Program-made: the position numbers and the translations under genes
In this document: positions 23,247 to 36,218 of the stretch, piece after piece
Numbering within the stretch: position 1 is the stretch's first letter
Layout of the letters: the number at the start of each line of letters is the position of its first letter
Source: Azolla caroliniana
Taxonomy: Eukaryota > Plantae > Polypodiophyta
NCBI GenBank assembly: GCA_043228905.1
Contig: JBHGNT010000009.1
Span: 10,044,001 to 10,108,000, forward strand
Reading direction: 5' to 3'
Length of the DNA: 64,000 nt
The notes under the pieces: generated by a model
Seen by the model: the letters and a program-made list of their open reading frames with translations, nothing else
What the model was told of the DNA's origin: nothing
The model's database searches: none

Positions 23247-23894
23247 AATTAGGTTTACCAATGGATGCAAAAGATGTAGGAGATTGTGTTATTTTGACCT
23301 TCTTGCTATTTGGTAATGCTACTGAATTCACGGAGTGCATCACATGCCTTCAGAAAGAAGATCAAAATGCAACGCTATTCTTTTATCTCTTCTCGCTGAT
23401 ATTCTTCTGTTTTTTTACTGACATTGGTGTCACGGGAAGGATGGGGGGGAAAAAAAGAAGAAGCAGAGATGGTGTCATTGGATCAGAAAGAAGATCCAGA
23501 AAGCAAATGATCCATCGGGGATTTCTTCGTGCCACGTCATTTCCTTGCGATCGATCCCTCGTTGATGATTCACGAAGTTCTCTCCGATCTCTGTCTGTGT
23601 CATCACCACATTCTTCTGCTTCCTCCGCCTCTTCCTCTTCCTCTTCCACAGGGAAATGCTTCGTCTGGGCTGCGTCTTTTTTCTCGCCTTGCACAGAAGA
23701 AAAAAAAAAGGAAAAGCTCAGAAAAGGTGAATAGAATATACCCCCACCTTTTAATATCTATGTATAGAAGAAGAAGAAGAAGAAGAAAGAAGAAAGAGCG
23801 TCCTTTCTTTCTTCTATCTCACCCAGCCACCCAACCATGATCTGTCCCTCACCTTCGTTACGAGGTGGTCGGTTTGACTAGCACCCTTCCTTCG

Positions 23895-24013
23895 TTGATT
23901 TTGCTTAACATTAATTAAGATTCTAACAGTTTGATTTTGCTTAACGTTAATTAAGATTCTAACAGCTTGATTTTGCTTTACGTTAATTAAGATTCTAACT
24001 GTTGGTATCAGAG
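23895..24013 (+). repeat. Three 36-bp tandem repeats followed by an orphan tRNA-Met PBS
   Basis: TTGATTTTGCTTAACATTAATTAAGATTCTAACAGT x3 (23895-24002), then TGGTATCAGAG at 24003-24013. Confidence 0.85.
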
Positions 24014-25751
24014 TCGCGTCATGTGGTCTCTCTATTTGTCAATCAAATCGGACGATATCACACCTTCTTATTGTGCTCGACACTTCGGTTGTCACCAGCC
24101 TCATCTTCACCGTCCCTTCTTCTTGTTCATGCCAAATTGCCCAGATGCAAACATGCACCCATGTGCCCATTGCCTAGAGTTAGTCAAAATGCGAGGGGAA
24201 ACGATTCCTAGCATGGGCTTTGCATGAGGTATGATCGAAATCAATTTGGGTTTTTACATTATAACTAGACCGCACTAACCTAAATAATATGAGGCTTCTT
24301 CACTTGCCTTAGCATGCATTTGCATATGTGTGAACTGTTAGCCGTTCACATTTGTTTGTAAGGTTTCGGAGTGGTAGCTTGAATTGCTCCAAAGACAACA
24401 CTTTGTATTGTTGGGGTAGCCTAGTTCATGCTTCATGCACATGCACATAGACAAAAAAACCCCATGTCACTAAGGCACAAATAATTTGAACTATGTAGTT
24501 GGGCCAAACTTTATAATAATGCGGCACAAATTTATTGGTAATTGCTCAACTATTCAAGACAAGGCATGTGATGCCTAAGCTACATTTAAACTCAATGCAA
24601 TGACAAAGAGATGTGCTTATTGTAGTATCAAAATCTAAGTGGATGCTTGCCTACATAATACAATACACTACAAGTTCAAAGCCCTACCATAGATAAAGTG
24701 TTGAAGAGATGGAAATCCATCATAGTGTATCACCCAATCAATGGATGTTGCTTATATATTTTTTACAAGACATTAGAAACCAAGGATAGGTTTTGATAAC
24801 TACCTCAACATGATCAAATTTCATAATGATATGCCACAAAATAAGTGGGGTATAATATGTGGGATAAACAACTTTAAGATTGTCCACCGTTTTAAGGGTT
24901 GATAAAGTTATATCGAATGGAAACAATGAAAGTGTGCAGCGATAAAGGTAGATGCCATTTATGTTCAAGGTTAGATGCCACACCTTTGTGGTTCGACACT
25001 TGGAAAACCCTTAAACAAAAGACATACAAGCATTTCATTACCATTTGATAAATGCCAAGTTTCATAGTTGTACCCCCTAGCCTAAATCTCAAAGTTGGTA
25101 AGCTTATTTAATGTTTCCCATTTATTTATAATAATAGTAGAAACTTCCATCACTACACATAATGATAGCTTTAACAAATGTTCACTTGAACTTGAACTTT
25201 TCATGCAACAAATTTATACCTGTTGACTTTTTCACATAATGTGGGGAAGTTTATACATATATCATGTTGGCTTTTACACACAATGTTGTGGGGAATGTGT
25301 ATTAAAATTCCCCAAAACACACCCCTAGCCATAGTGTCTGCGAACAACCTTCTTCCTTACACATGCAAGTATGTATATGATAAAATAATGATGTTATTAT
25401 TGTACACTCATCTGGTAATATTACAACTATGTACCCCCTTGTTGTTAGCGTGGCAAATCACCAAGTTCATAGGAAACCTAATAACCTCATAAAATCAATG
25501 TATTTTGTTGCCTCTCAAGCCATCCCCCCCCCCCCTTCTTGCAATTAAAAAAGCACACCATGTACAATAAACTCTACAAAAAAACCTTCAATTAGTCATT
25601 GATTTGTATGTTAATTATTATCTCAAAAAATGGCAAATATTATATTATATATTTCATGTCAAGACAAAGTTGTTTGCAACATAATCAAGTATAGCAATAT
25701 TTACACTAATAATCAAGGTAATTCTGAGATGCATAGAAATACCCAAATGTA

Positions 25752-26570
25752 AGGCTTAATATTACATAAGATATGAAGACAGTAAGGGATGTGGTCATGG
25801 TAATGGAATATATTATCTTCCTTAATGAAAGACAAACACATGGTCATTATCTTACCTTTACTTTTCTTCAAAAAAGTTACCAGTTTTGTGGCCATCAATT
25901 ATGAACATTCCTTAGGTTCTTTGGCTTTTTACTAGTATCCTTGTGAGGGGAGATTTTTGGTCAAGAATAATTGTATTCTATGCACAAGATTTTGGAGCTA
26001 AATATGTGCACTTGCATATTGACTTCCTCATAGAAGAATTAAAAACTTGGCACATGTTTCAGGAGGTTACATGTTAATCCCATGCCCTCATTTACATTAA
26101 CACAGTAAATCAAGTGCATAGATAACATTTCTCCCTCCCCCAAGTTCCAACAAACAAAAAGGATAAAAGAAATTTGAAACTATTAAAAAATAGGGGATGA
26201 ATGCACCCAACAATTGCATGAGAGGCATAAAAATGTAAATACATCTAAAATATAAAGTAGAAACGATGAATCCCCCTCCCCTTCTTAGATTACACAAATC
26301 ACGTCCAAGTAGAGTGTCCATTGAGCCCGATCTTAGATATGCAAAGTTAGGATGGGACTCTAAGTATCATGGTAAAAATCCAAAGAGCCAAAAGAACTTT
26401 CATAACTAACGGATAGGAAACCATAATTGTAGATAGTGGATGACTTTTTGCAAGAAAAATAACGAGAATATAATGGTCATGTGTTTGTCTTTCACCAAGG
26501 AAGATAATATATTCTGTCACATGTGACTTTATTCATTATGATCTTTATATTTCTCTAATGTTAAGCTTTC
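25752..26570. repeat. Diverged ~130-bp inverted repeat pair (about 25752-25885 and 26436-26570)
   Basis: GAATATATTATCTTCCTTAATGAAAGACAAACACATG vs CATGTGTTTGTCTTTCACCAAGGAAGATAATATATTC. Confidence 0.7.
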
Positions 26571-26573
26571 CAA

Positions 26574-26964
26574 TAACAATCGACAATGATTCGGTTCAGT
26601 TTGAGAGGGTCAAAACTGAACCATTTAAAAATTTTGAAACCTGAACCAAAGTGAACCACAAAACCGTTAAAACTACGTTTTTGCGGTTCGGTTTCGGTTT
26701 TCAACTTAGGTCAATATTAAAATTTAAAATTTTTAATATTTCATTATTTTTAATTTTTTAATTTTTAAAGATGTTCCTAAAATGTGAGAATAAGGTCTAA
26801 AAATGAAAAGATTGTATTTTTTTTTTAAATTAAAAAAAATTTGTTAAACCGTTTAAAAAAACCGAACCGAACCGTTTAAAAAAACCTAAAGTTGAACCGT
26901 TTAAACCGTTAAGCTATGGTTTCGTGGTTCAGTTCGGTTCAAACCGAACCGTTGCCGATTGTTA
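26574..26964. mobile_element. hAT-type MITE
   Basis: 8-bp TSD CTTTCCAA (26566-26573 and 26965-26972); TIR TAACAATCG...CGATTGTTA; subterminal AACCG/CGGTT repeats. Confidence 0.9.
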
Positions 26965-28886
26965 CTTTCCAAGGATCAAACCCAAATAGAATTACCTTGA
27001 TATTCATCCCTTTATTACCCACTCGATATGTTTCATCACTTGATTCCAACAACAAATCAAGTTGGTGTTTGGGCAATGCACAAAGCAAAAGCATTTGTAT
27101 CCAATAATGTTTTGAGCCACAAAGTTGAGGAATAATATAAGTTTTTGAACTAAAATTTGTACATTTTTATTCAACATATGCAATAGATTTATCATTTTAT
27201 TGTATTTCATCCAACCACTAGCTAGTTAAAGTAGAGCATTAATTTCAAGAAGTCCATCAAAATGGCTACTTTGTAATTGAGTGGTGCATCCCATACTCAA
27301 TAGTGAGTTGTGCTTCATCACTTCCTTTGGTGTTAGCTCAAAGTTCTTTCTAACTCTTCCCTATTCCTTAGATATCAATTGTGCCTAAAATGTACACCCT
27401 TCTTGAAAGTCCTACCTTCATTATGTCTTGTCTACATCCTCTCTAGACTTTGTTAAGTATTTGTCATAATCGTCTTGTCCCATGCTCTTGAATGACAATT
27501 CGAATGACATTAGTACCAAGAATAGAAGTGTACATGCTACGAAAAGAGGGCAAGAGACAAAGTGTTGAGAATAAAATGTTTTGTGATTATCTAGTGTGAA
27601 AAGGTATAAAGCGTTTAAATTTTTATTCTAAAAGCCACTTTTTGTAGTCCTTGAACACCTAGGGTATAACTCTTTTTCTAGAATCTTTCTCTCTCATAAT
27701 GTAAGCAACATCTAATCGCTTAAATTTTCTTAATAATTGAAGTATTTGGGCTTGACTTCTATTTAACATGATATCTATTAATGGAAGTATAGTATTTCTT
27801 CATTTGAATTAGTTGATTAAAGTGCTCTTACGTCTAATAGGTTATGTTTGATTATTTTAATTAAGTATTAGAGTTATGAGTTTAACAAGAAGTTAGCCAA
27901 ATGTGTCAACTCTTCTCTAGTGGATAAGGAAGGGTTGACACTTGTCCCTTCTTGTGTCGATGTTGTCTGTCGGAATAGTAACCGACGGACAGAAGCGCAA
28001 GAATATTAGAATATAGTAAAAGTGTAAGAAACGCATGTAACGGTTCACGCAGGAAGCGTGAATGGCTAAAAGACCCTGTGTATATAAAGGGCAGAAATCC
28101 TTTGTAAGAGGTAGCGTGTAATTTTGGTGCATAGAGTGTTATTCTAATAGAATACTATCTTCTCTGATTTCGGTGCATACCTGTGGTTTTAGCTAATGTG
28201 TCTTTGTTCTTTGTTGTGTACTGTTAATCGTAAAGGTGTAGGCGTAACTGCGGATACTAGTGCACTTCCTAAGGAGTCGGTTGTAGCCGTTTCCCTTATA
28301 CGCTACTAGGATACGGGGAAGTATCCCATTACGTAGTACGGTACGATGGTACCATTCCTTGCAACGCAGTCACCTTGAGGTCTAGGTCGAAGGACTGACC
28401 GTAGAGAGTGTTCCTAATCGGTAACATGTTTAGCATGCCTGGTGATCTGTGTCTTCTCACAGACGAACAACGACGAATGGATGTTTAGCCGTAGACGTCC
28501 CAAAGAACCAAGACGACACGACCGACCAATCACAAGGTCCATCACACGCCAGGTAGAGGAATGTGCAAGGCAAAAACCTTGCCTTAGTGATGCTCAATGA
28601 TATCTGTCGGGACCACAAAATCACCTTCCCACTCACCAAATACCCTGACGACACGCAGGAAGTTCCATCACCACACAAGTACGGTGGTCTTCTCTTGCCC
28701 GCTGTAGCGTTCAACATGGCCTTCTCCTATCTCCGCTTCAACGGCGAAACAGACGCCGCAACCCACATTCGCCTGTTCTTGAATGTCTGGAATGCGAATC
28801 ACATGGCGCAGAGACTTCTAGAAGAGGTAGCGCACCAGTCCAAAATGACAGAGTTTGGATTAACGTTGGATGGTAGAGCTGCATTT

Positions 28887-29237
28887 TGTCATGACAACAT
28901 ACATTTTAGCCTTACAAAGATTCGAGCCCAAGACGTCTTGGTCTATATGTTAGACCATTAACCATTATACTAACATATATGATGTATAGTTATAATAAAC
29001 GTGTTATTAGTTATTACAAGACATTTAGAGTATTCTAGAACATTCGAGAGTATTCTAGAACATTCTAGGATATTCCATGATTATATTAAATATCATAAAT
29101 ATCTAAAATATTCTAGAACATTCTAGAATACTCCATAAAGACCTATAAATAGGTGTCTATTCATTCATCACAACTCATTCGGTTCAAACTGTCGTGACTT
29201 GAGAATAGGAGAGAGAAAAATAAGATGACAGTAGAAG

Positions 29238-29280
<43 letters not shown>

Positions 29281-31792
29281 ACTAGAAATGGAAAGAGAGT
29301 TTATATTATAAGAGAGCAAGGATTACAAAGAGTAGGCTAAGGGGCTACAAACCTTTAACCATTATACTAATATATATGATGTATAGTTATAATAAATGTA
29401 TTATTAGTTATTACAAGACATTTAGAGTATTCTAGAACATTCTAGGATATTCCATGATTATATTAAATATCATAAATATCTAAAATATTCTAGAACATTC
29501 TAGAATACTCCATAAGGACCTATAAATAGGTGTCTATTCATTCATCACAACTCATTCGGTTCAACACCAGTTTGTAGCCCCTTAGCCTACTCTTTGTAAT
29601 CCTTGCTCTCTTAATATAAACTCTCTTTCCATTTCTAGTGTTCTTTCTCTCTCTCTCTCTCTCTCTCCCTCTACCTTCTACTGTCATCTTATTTTTTCTC
29701 AAGTCACGACAGTTTGAATCGAATCTATCTCTTTTCTTCTTCTCCAACTTCTTCTTCTTATCTTAACCTTATTCAACCAAATCTAGCAATTTTCTATCGC
29801 AACTATGGAGTCCGTCAGCAAGCAAGAATATATGCGTGTTCTCTCCGAGCTCAAAATGCTAACAACCAAATTCGTGGCACTAGAGCATGAAAATCAAAGA
29901 TTATTGGGAGACCTACAACAAGTAAGTGCTGAGAAAGTACAACAATATGAAGAATTATCTCAACGGGTGCATCAATTGGAGACTACTCTATTGCAACGAC
30001 AAGCAGCAGAAGTTCAAACCTCGCCGAAGGAACCCAAGATTAGTCTGCCGGCCAAATTTGATGGTACAAGGTCTCAATTTCGTGGATTTTTAAATCAGGT
30101 ACGACTTGTGATTAAATTGCATCCTAGCCGTTACCCAACTGATGTTGCTTGTGTGGGTCTAGTTGGTACCTTGTTAACGGGTGGCCACAACTTCGCCATT
30201 TTGGTGGCCACGACTTCTCCATTTTGTTACGGATTATGTTCGTAGTTGTGATACATGTTGCCGATCCAAAAAACCTCGACATCATCCATATGGCTTATTA
30301 CAGCCAATGCCTATTCTTGAGAGTCCATGGAAATCTATTTCATTGGACTTCATTACGGATCTACCACCTTCCAAGGGTTTTGATTCTATTCTCATGGTAG
30401 TAGAACGTTTTACCAAGATGGCACATTTTCTTCCCTGCACAAAGGCCATTACGAGCCAAGAGACAACCGAGTTACTCATGCGAGAGGTGTTTCGGCATCA
30501 TGGTCTTCCTGATGATATTATCAGTGATCGGGGTCCCCAGTTCATCTCAAAATTTTGGCGGCACATGTTCAAACTCTTATATACTTCTTGCAAACTCTCT
30601 TCCGGCTACCATCCAGAAACTAACAGACAGAGTGAGCGCACCAACCAAACAGTAGACCAATATCTTCGTTGTTTTGTCAACTATCAACAAGATGATTGGG
30701 TTGATCTATTACATTTGGCGGAATTTGTTTACAACAACTCAGAACATTCTTCTACTGGATATTCCCCATTTTTTGCAAACATTGGGTACCATCCTCGTTG
30801 GACTATGCTTGAACATCCCGAACTCCCGACAAACCCGACTGCTGAAGATCGGCTCACCCGACTCCAAGAAGTTCAAGATATCCTTTTGCACCATTTATGT
30901 GATGCTCAAAACACTCAAAAGAAGGTTGCCGACCGTCATCGACGTGATTCATCGACTACGTTTCAAGTGGGGGATTGAGTATGGCTTTTACAAGGTCGCA
31001 TTAAAACAACCCGACCTTGCTGCAAATTGGATTATCAACGTTTTGGCCCATATGTGATATCAGGTAAGATCAATGATGTGGCATTTCGCCTTGATCTTCC
31101 CCCTCATATGCATCTTCACCCGGTCTTCCATGTTTCACTTTTGGAGCCGTACACAACCAACTCTATTCCAGGCCGTCTTACATCTCCCCCACCTCCAATC
31201 GAAGTTTCGGATGGCTCTGAATATGAAGTTGCTGCCATTCTCGACTCCAAGATCGTTCGCAACAAACTGTATTATTTAGTTGACTGGTTAGATTATACAC
31301 TTAATGATCGAACATGGGAACCTCTTGAGATCTTGCTAATGCCTCCGAAATGGTTGTTGCATTTCACAACAAATATCCTCATAAGCCAAGTCCGAAATCT
31401 TGTCTTCCGACTCGTGGAACTTGTCGTCGAAAAGGGGGGATAATGTCATGAAGACATAGATTTTGGCCTTACAAGGATTCGAGCCCAAGACGTCTTGGTC
31501 TATATGTTAGACCTTTAACTATTATACTAACATATATGATGTATAGTTATAATAAATGTATTATTAGTTATTACAAGACATTTAGAGTATTCTAGAACAT
31601 TCTAGGATATTCCATGATTATATTAAATATCATAAATATCTAAAATATTCTAGAACATTCTAGAATACTCCATAAAGACCTATGAATAGGTGTCTATTCA
31701 TTCATCACAACTCATTCGGTTCAACACCAGTTTGTAGCCTCTTTGTAATCCTTGCTCTCTTATAATATAAACTCTCTTTCCATTTCTAGTGT

Positions 31793-31842
<50 letters not shown>

Positions 31843-31895
31843 TCTACCTTCTACTGTCATCTTATTTTTCTCTCTCCTATTCTCAAGTCACGACA
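28887..31895 (+). mobile_element. Internally deleted chromovirus (Tcn1/Tf1-like, self-priming)
   Basis: TSD CATTT (28882-28886 and 31896-31900). 3' LTR 31444-31895; rearranged 5' LTR 28887-29711; PPT 31430-31443. Gag N-terminus (29805) is joined to integrase (~30181); chromodomain YEVAAILDS...YLVDW...TWEP. Confidence 0.93.
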
Positions 31896-34229
31896 CATTT
31901 TGGCATTCGCAGATGGAACTGCCAGCAATCACGACCTTCGACCATCTGCAATCGGCCTTTCTACGGTTCTTTCATCGGAGGGTGCCGCAACGCGAAATCC
32001 TCGGGCAGTTCTATACAATCAAATAGTTGTCAGTTGAGACTGTCGTGGACTTCAATTTACGCTTCCAAAATCTGCGGCGGAAATTAGAACGGGGCCCGAC
32101 AGAGGACGAGGCTCGGGAGACATTTTTGGCAGCCTTACGGCAACCGATACGGACGACGCTCAACAACAATAGCGTGAAAGGAGAAACACGTGATATGGTC
32201 ATAGAACGAGCGTTACAACTCGAACTGGACGAAGATGAGGAAAAGTTTTCTATGTCCTCATTACGACAAGCGTTACCTCAGGACAGGGAATGACATTTTT
32301 GGCAAGCAATCCAGTGCACGATTTACCTCAATTCTGGACATTCCGTAGTGGAATGCAACATGTGAATCCACTACACAATCTGTCACTCAAAAGCACACAC
32401 GGTCGAGCAGTGTGAGTACAATATGTTAAACAGACCCACGCCCACAGTACGAAGCATAGAAACACAACGACCACCTCGTCGTAATGATCAAAGGCGCCAA
32501 GAAGAACGACCCCGGTATACGGATCGGAATCCACGCGGTGACTGGCACTACCGGAATCGCCGGAATAACAACGATTCCGAGGAAGAAGAACTGGAGGACG
32601 AAGACTACCGGGGCAACCACAGACATAATAAAGGAGGACGACGTTACGAAAACTACCGTCCGGTGAACAAACGTGGTGGCTTCAATGGGCCTCGTGGGAA
32701 ACATCAACAGTATAGGAACCAATGACGTTATGACGAAAGTTCGGACAATGACCGGCACTAGGAGCCGCGCCGGGACCAACAACAACCACTGCAGACTTTC
32801 AGAAGAATGAACCAAGATAGGGAGGAGCAAGTCACACCTGGGGATAGGAACACGCCACCAGCTGCCGAGAAAGGCGAATCCAGCGTCCATTGTTTCGTTT
32901 GCCAACAGCTCGGACATTATGCCACTCAATGTCCACTCCGCAAGGGCAAGGGCCCCGCTGTCAATACGATTATGGCGGAAGTTCAGCAAGTTACGACAAG
33001 GCAGCAAATGAAAAATGTTGATTGGGCTGCGCAAGATGAGCTACGTCAGATGGCCCAACATGGGTCGAAAAAACAAACGCGGCCAATACGGAACGCATGC
33101 GGTAGGAATCCGCGAACAATGTTGGGCCATTGGAGGAAGACGTAATATCTCCAGATCCCATATGGCAAGCACTAGCAGGCTACGAAATAACACTGACCAT
33201 GGAGAAGCTACTTCAACTAGTTCCACGGTTCTGCCAAGCTGTAGAGGATAACATAACGAGCAGACCTGGGGTAAGCGTCTCCGCCAACTTTACGGACAGC
33301 AGTGCCGGACCAATGGTGGTGGATCACCACAATTTAGCTATTAAGTTGGTATTACACGGTCAGGAAATCACAGGATGCGTAATTGACGGAGGCTTTGGCG
33401 TCAATGTAATTAGCGCGAAGACATGTGAACAATTGGGAATTTCAAAATGGGAAGCTTGCCCATTTTGGCTTCGCATGGCGGATACCCGCTCAGTAAGGCC
33501 TTTAGGCTTAATCCGAAAATTAGGCATCATCATCGGTGAACATCGTTTCAACATCTCGGCGGTAGTCCTCACCCTCGACGCCCCAGGAGTGTATCCTATG
33601 CTGCTTGGTAGACCTTGGCTTCGTTCGACGAATATCAAATAGAGTTGGCAACATAAGTGCATTAGTTTTCGACGCGGACGCACCAAGGTTTGCATACCCA
33701 TAGAGGAAATGGCGGCACAACCCAAGGGGGTAACACCGTTATACGCGGAAGATATAAATATGCTGGATGGGGTGGATGATACAGAATTAGAAGCATACCT
33801 CGACGAGCACCCCCGAATCATTCCGCTATTCGAAATCGACGTAATAGAAACTGCAGTGGATTACGCCACGCCTATTGCGCTCCACGACGAGCCTTATGAA
33901 CCAGATCCAGAGTCGATATTATAATTAAGTAGAGGACGGGCGGTGTTCGAGAGGGAAATGGAAATTTCACAACGAGTCACTGCCTCAACCCTAGAAGAAG
34001 TGAACGTAGGTACAACGTCAGACCCCCGATTCCTCTCCTTCGCAAAAGAGTTACTACCGGATCAGAGAGAGGCGATGATAGCAATTCTCAGGAAGTATAA
34101 AGATGTGTTCTCTTCATCCCACGAGGACATGAAGGGATTTGATCCGAAGTTCTATCAACATAAGATCAATTTAGCGACCGATGTGAAACCAGTCCAACAG
34201 CGTCGATACCGCATGAATCCAAATTACGC

Positions 34230-34907
34230 TGTGTGTGGAGAACAAGGTGGGACCACTGGGGTCTTGGACCAAGGAATAGGTGAGAAGAGGGAGAGAGAGA
34301 GAGAGAGAGCGAGAGACGCTCACACACGTATAGACAAAGAAGCGCACGGGGACGCAGCCCGACAACACAGGAGACATGAGTAGAGAACGCTAGTGTATGT
34401 ATATAAATATGTGTATGTATTTGTATGTATGCATACGACTTGAAAGGTTACAGCCGATCAGGTCAGCGAGATGGATGCCGGCGCCTGATCACCCACGCAC
34501 ACAGGAGAGCAAGATGGAGATTCTACCGGAAGCACACGGGCGTTCCACGGAGCAGGATCAGCTTCCTGAGAACCTGCGCAAAAGAAAGCTATGGAGAACG
34601 ACAGAGAAGAAGAGCTCGGTCCCAGTCCGACAGCACTTCGTCCCCTCTAGCGCGCGATGCCTTCTCTCCCCCGTCTCCCTCTCTTTTATAGCTCAAGGAG
34701 GGAGGCCGTTTCACCCGTTTACATCACATTAATTCTCTGTCCTTTCGGACAGAGATACTCCTCAATTTCCCCTATAGAATATTGCTACCTAGGATTTGAC
34801 CTTTGTGCCTACCTATCTACTATACAACAAGGGGCGTGCCCACGTGTAAGGGCCGGTTCACACACACTATACACGGTTTGCGCCTGGGGACGGTTTTCTT
34901 CACGACA
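34230..34907 (-). mobile_element. Solo LTR related to the 10398-17517 Gypsy LTR
   Basis: Reverse complement begins TGTCGTGAAGAAAACCGTCCCCAGG. 4-bp TSD ACGC. Removal restores host RT NYATRVKEEIDKLL. Confidence 0.93.
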
Positions 34908-35700
34908 ACGCGACTCGCGTAAAAGAGGAAATTGACAAACTTCTCAAGGCCGGATTCATTCGACCAGTCAAGCAAGCTACATGGCTAAGCCCGATAGTAG
35001 TCGTACCAAAGAAAAAGGGCAAAATATGTGTGTGCGTGGACTACCAGAAATGGAATGCCGTAACCATTACAGACGCGTTCCTCTTACCTTTCACCGACAA
35101 CGTACTGGATGCAGTCGCAGGGCATGACATGTACAACTTTCTAGATGGCTTCAGTGGGTACAATCAAGTACGTATGCACCCCGACGAGCAAGAGAAGACA
35201 ACGTTTGTCACGGGCTGGGGAGTCTATGTCGCGGTCGTCATGATGTTCGGACTAAAGACGGCGCCGACTACATTTCAACGGACAATCATGGAGATTTTTG
35301 GGGAATATATACCTACCTTCATGCAGGTCTCTTTAGACGATTTTGCGGTATATGGGACAACAACTGAACATTTTATGCATCTACAACTTTGCCTGGAGCG
35401 TTGCCGAACTTCACGCTTAAGCCCGAATCCCGCCAAATGCGCCTTCGGCGGCACCAGCGGGGCCCTCCTCGGCCACCTAGTCAGTAAGGAGGGGATAACA
35501 GTTGATCCAAACAAAATCTCCGCGATTACTCACGCAAAGACGCCGACAAATGCCAAAGCACTCATCCAGTTTCTGGGACAAATACGATGGCACAGTCGGA
35601 TGATACGCTATTTGGCGGATTTTGCCACACCATTACATGCTGAAGTCCACCGTACTCCTTTCAAATGGACAACAACGGAAGAAAAGGCGTATGATGCGCT

Positions 35701-36218
35701 CTCTCACCTCGTTTCCTTCTTCTATTTCATGGTTCAAAATTAAAAATTTGGTCATTTGGCGTACAATTACGTCATTGGCTCTTTGGATAATATGGAAAGC
35801 GAGATGTGATTCTGTTTTTAACAATGCCCATATACAATTCAACACTATGCTTATTGAATTCTGGATGTTGTTTGTTCACACACTTCATGGCCAATATGAT
35901 GATCTGCAGGGTTCGGATGATGTTTTGTGGCAACGACAAGTGGCCTTTAAGAACCGATGGCAAGGACTCCAATTATTTTCAAAGACAATTGCTGGTCCAA
36001 AGTGGAATTATGCCATACCTTCGTTTATGTTGGATAGTGGATAGTAAGTATTGTTCTACTAGTTCATATATGACATCATCTGTATCATAAGATGTACTAG
36101 CTTTTGTATCTTACAAAAAGAAGTGAGATGAAATGTCTCCTTCTGTTTTTCTTATGTAGACTTTTCAAGTAATATACTAAGGTGTATCTTCCTGTAAAAA
36201 AAACAAATAAAAAAAAAA
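35701..36218 (+). mobile_element. 5'-truncated LINE (L1-like) 3' end with poly(A) tail
   Basis: ORF2-type C-terminal motif LWIIWKARCDSVF, stop at 36044, 3' UTR, A-rich tail 36196-36218. Interrupts the host RT-RH linker (YDAL|MQAPVV). Confidence 0.75.

Noticed and set aside
23383-23734. Acidic ORF MQGEKK...FPVEEEEE and the opposite-strand Ser-rich ORF
   Set aside because: Low-complexity GAA/CTT sequence in the presumed 5' UTR; no in-frame splice to the DPP exon could be established.
23895-24002. 36-bp repeats of CRISPR-like length
   Set aside because: Directly tandem with no spacers.
27715-27960. Candidate TSD ATCGC for the large Gypsy
   Set aside because: The upstream ATCGC is not followed by an LTR start, and the flank at 27956-27960 (GTCGA) matches only 3 of 5.
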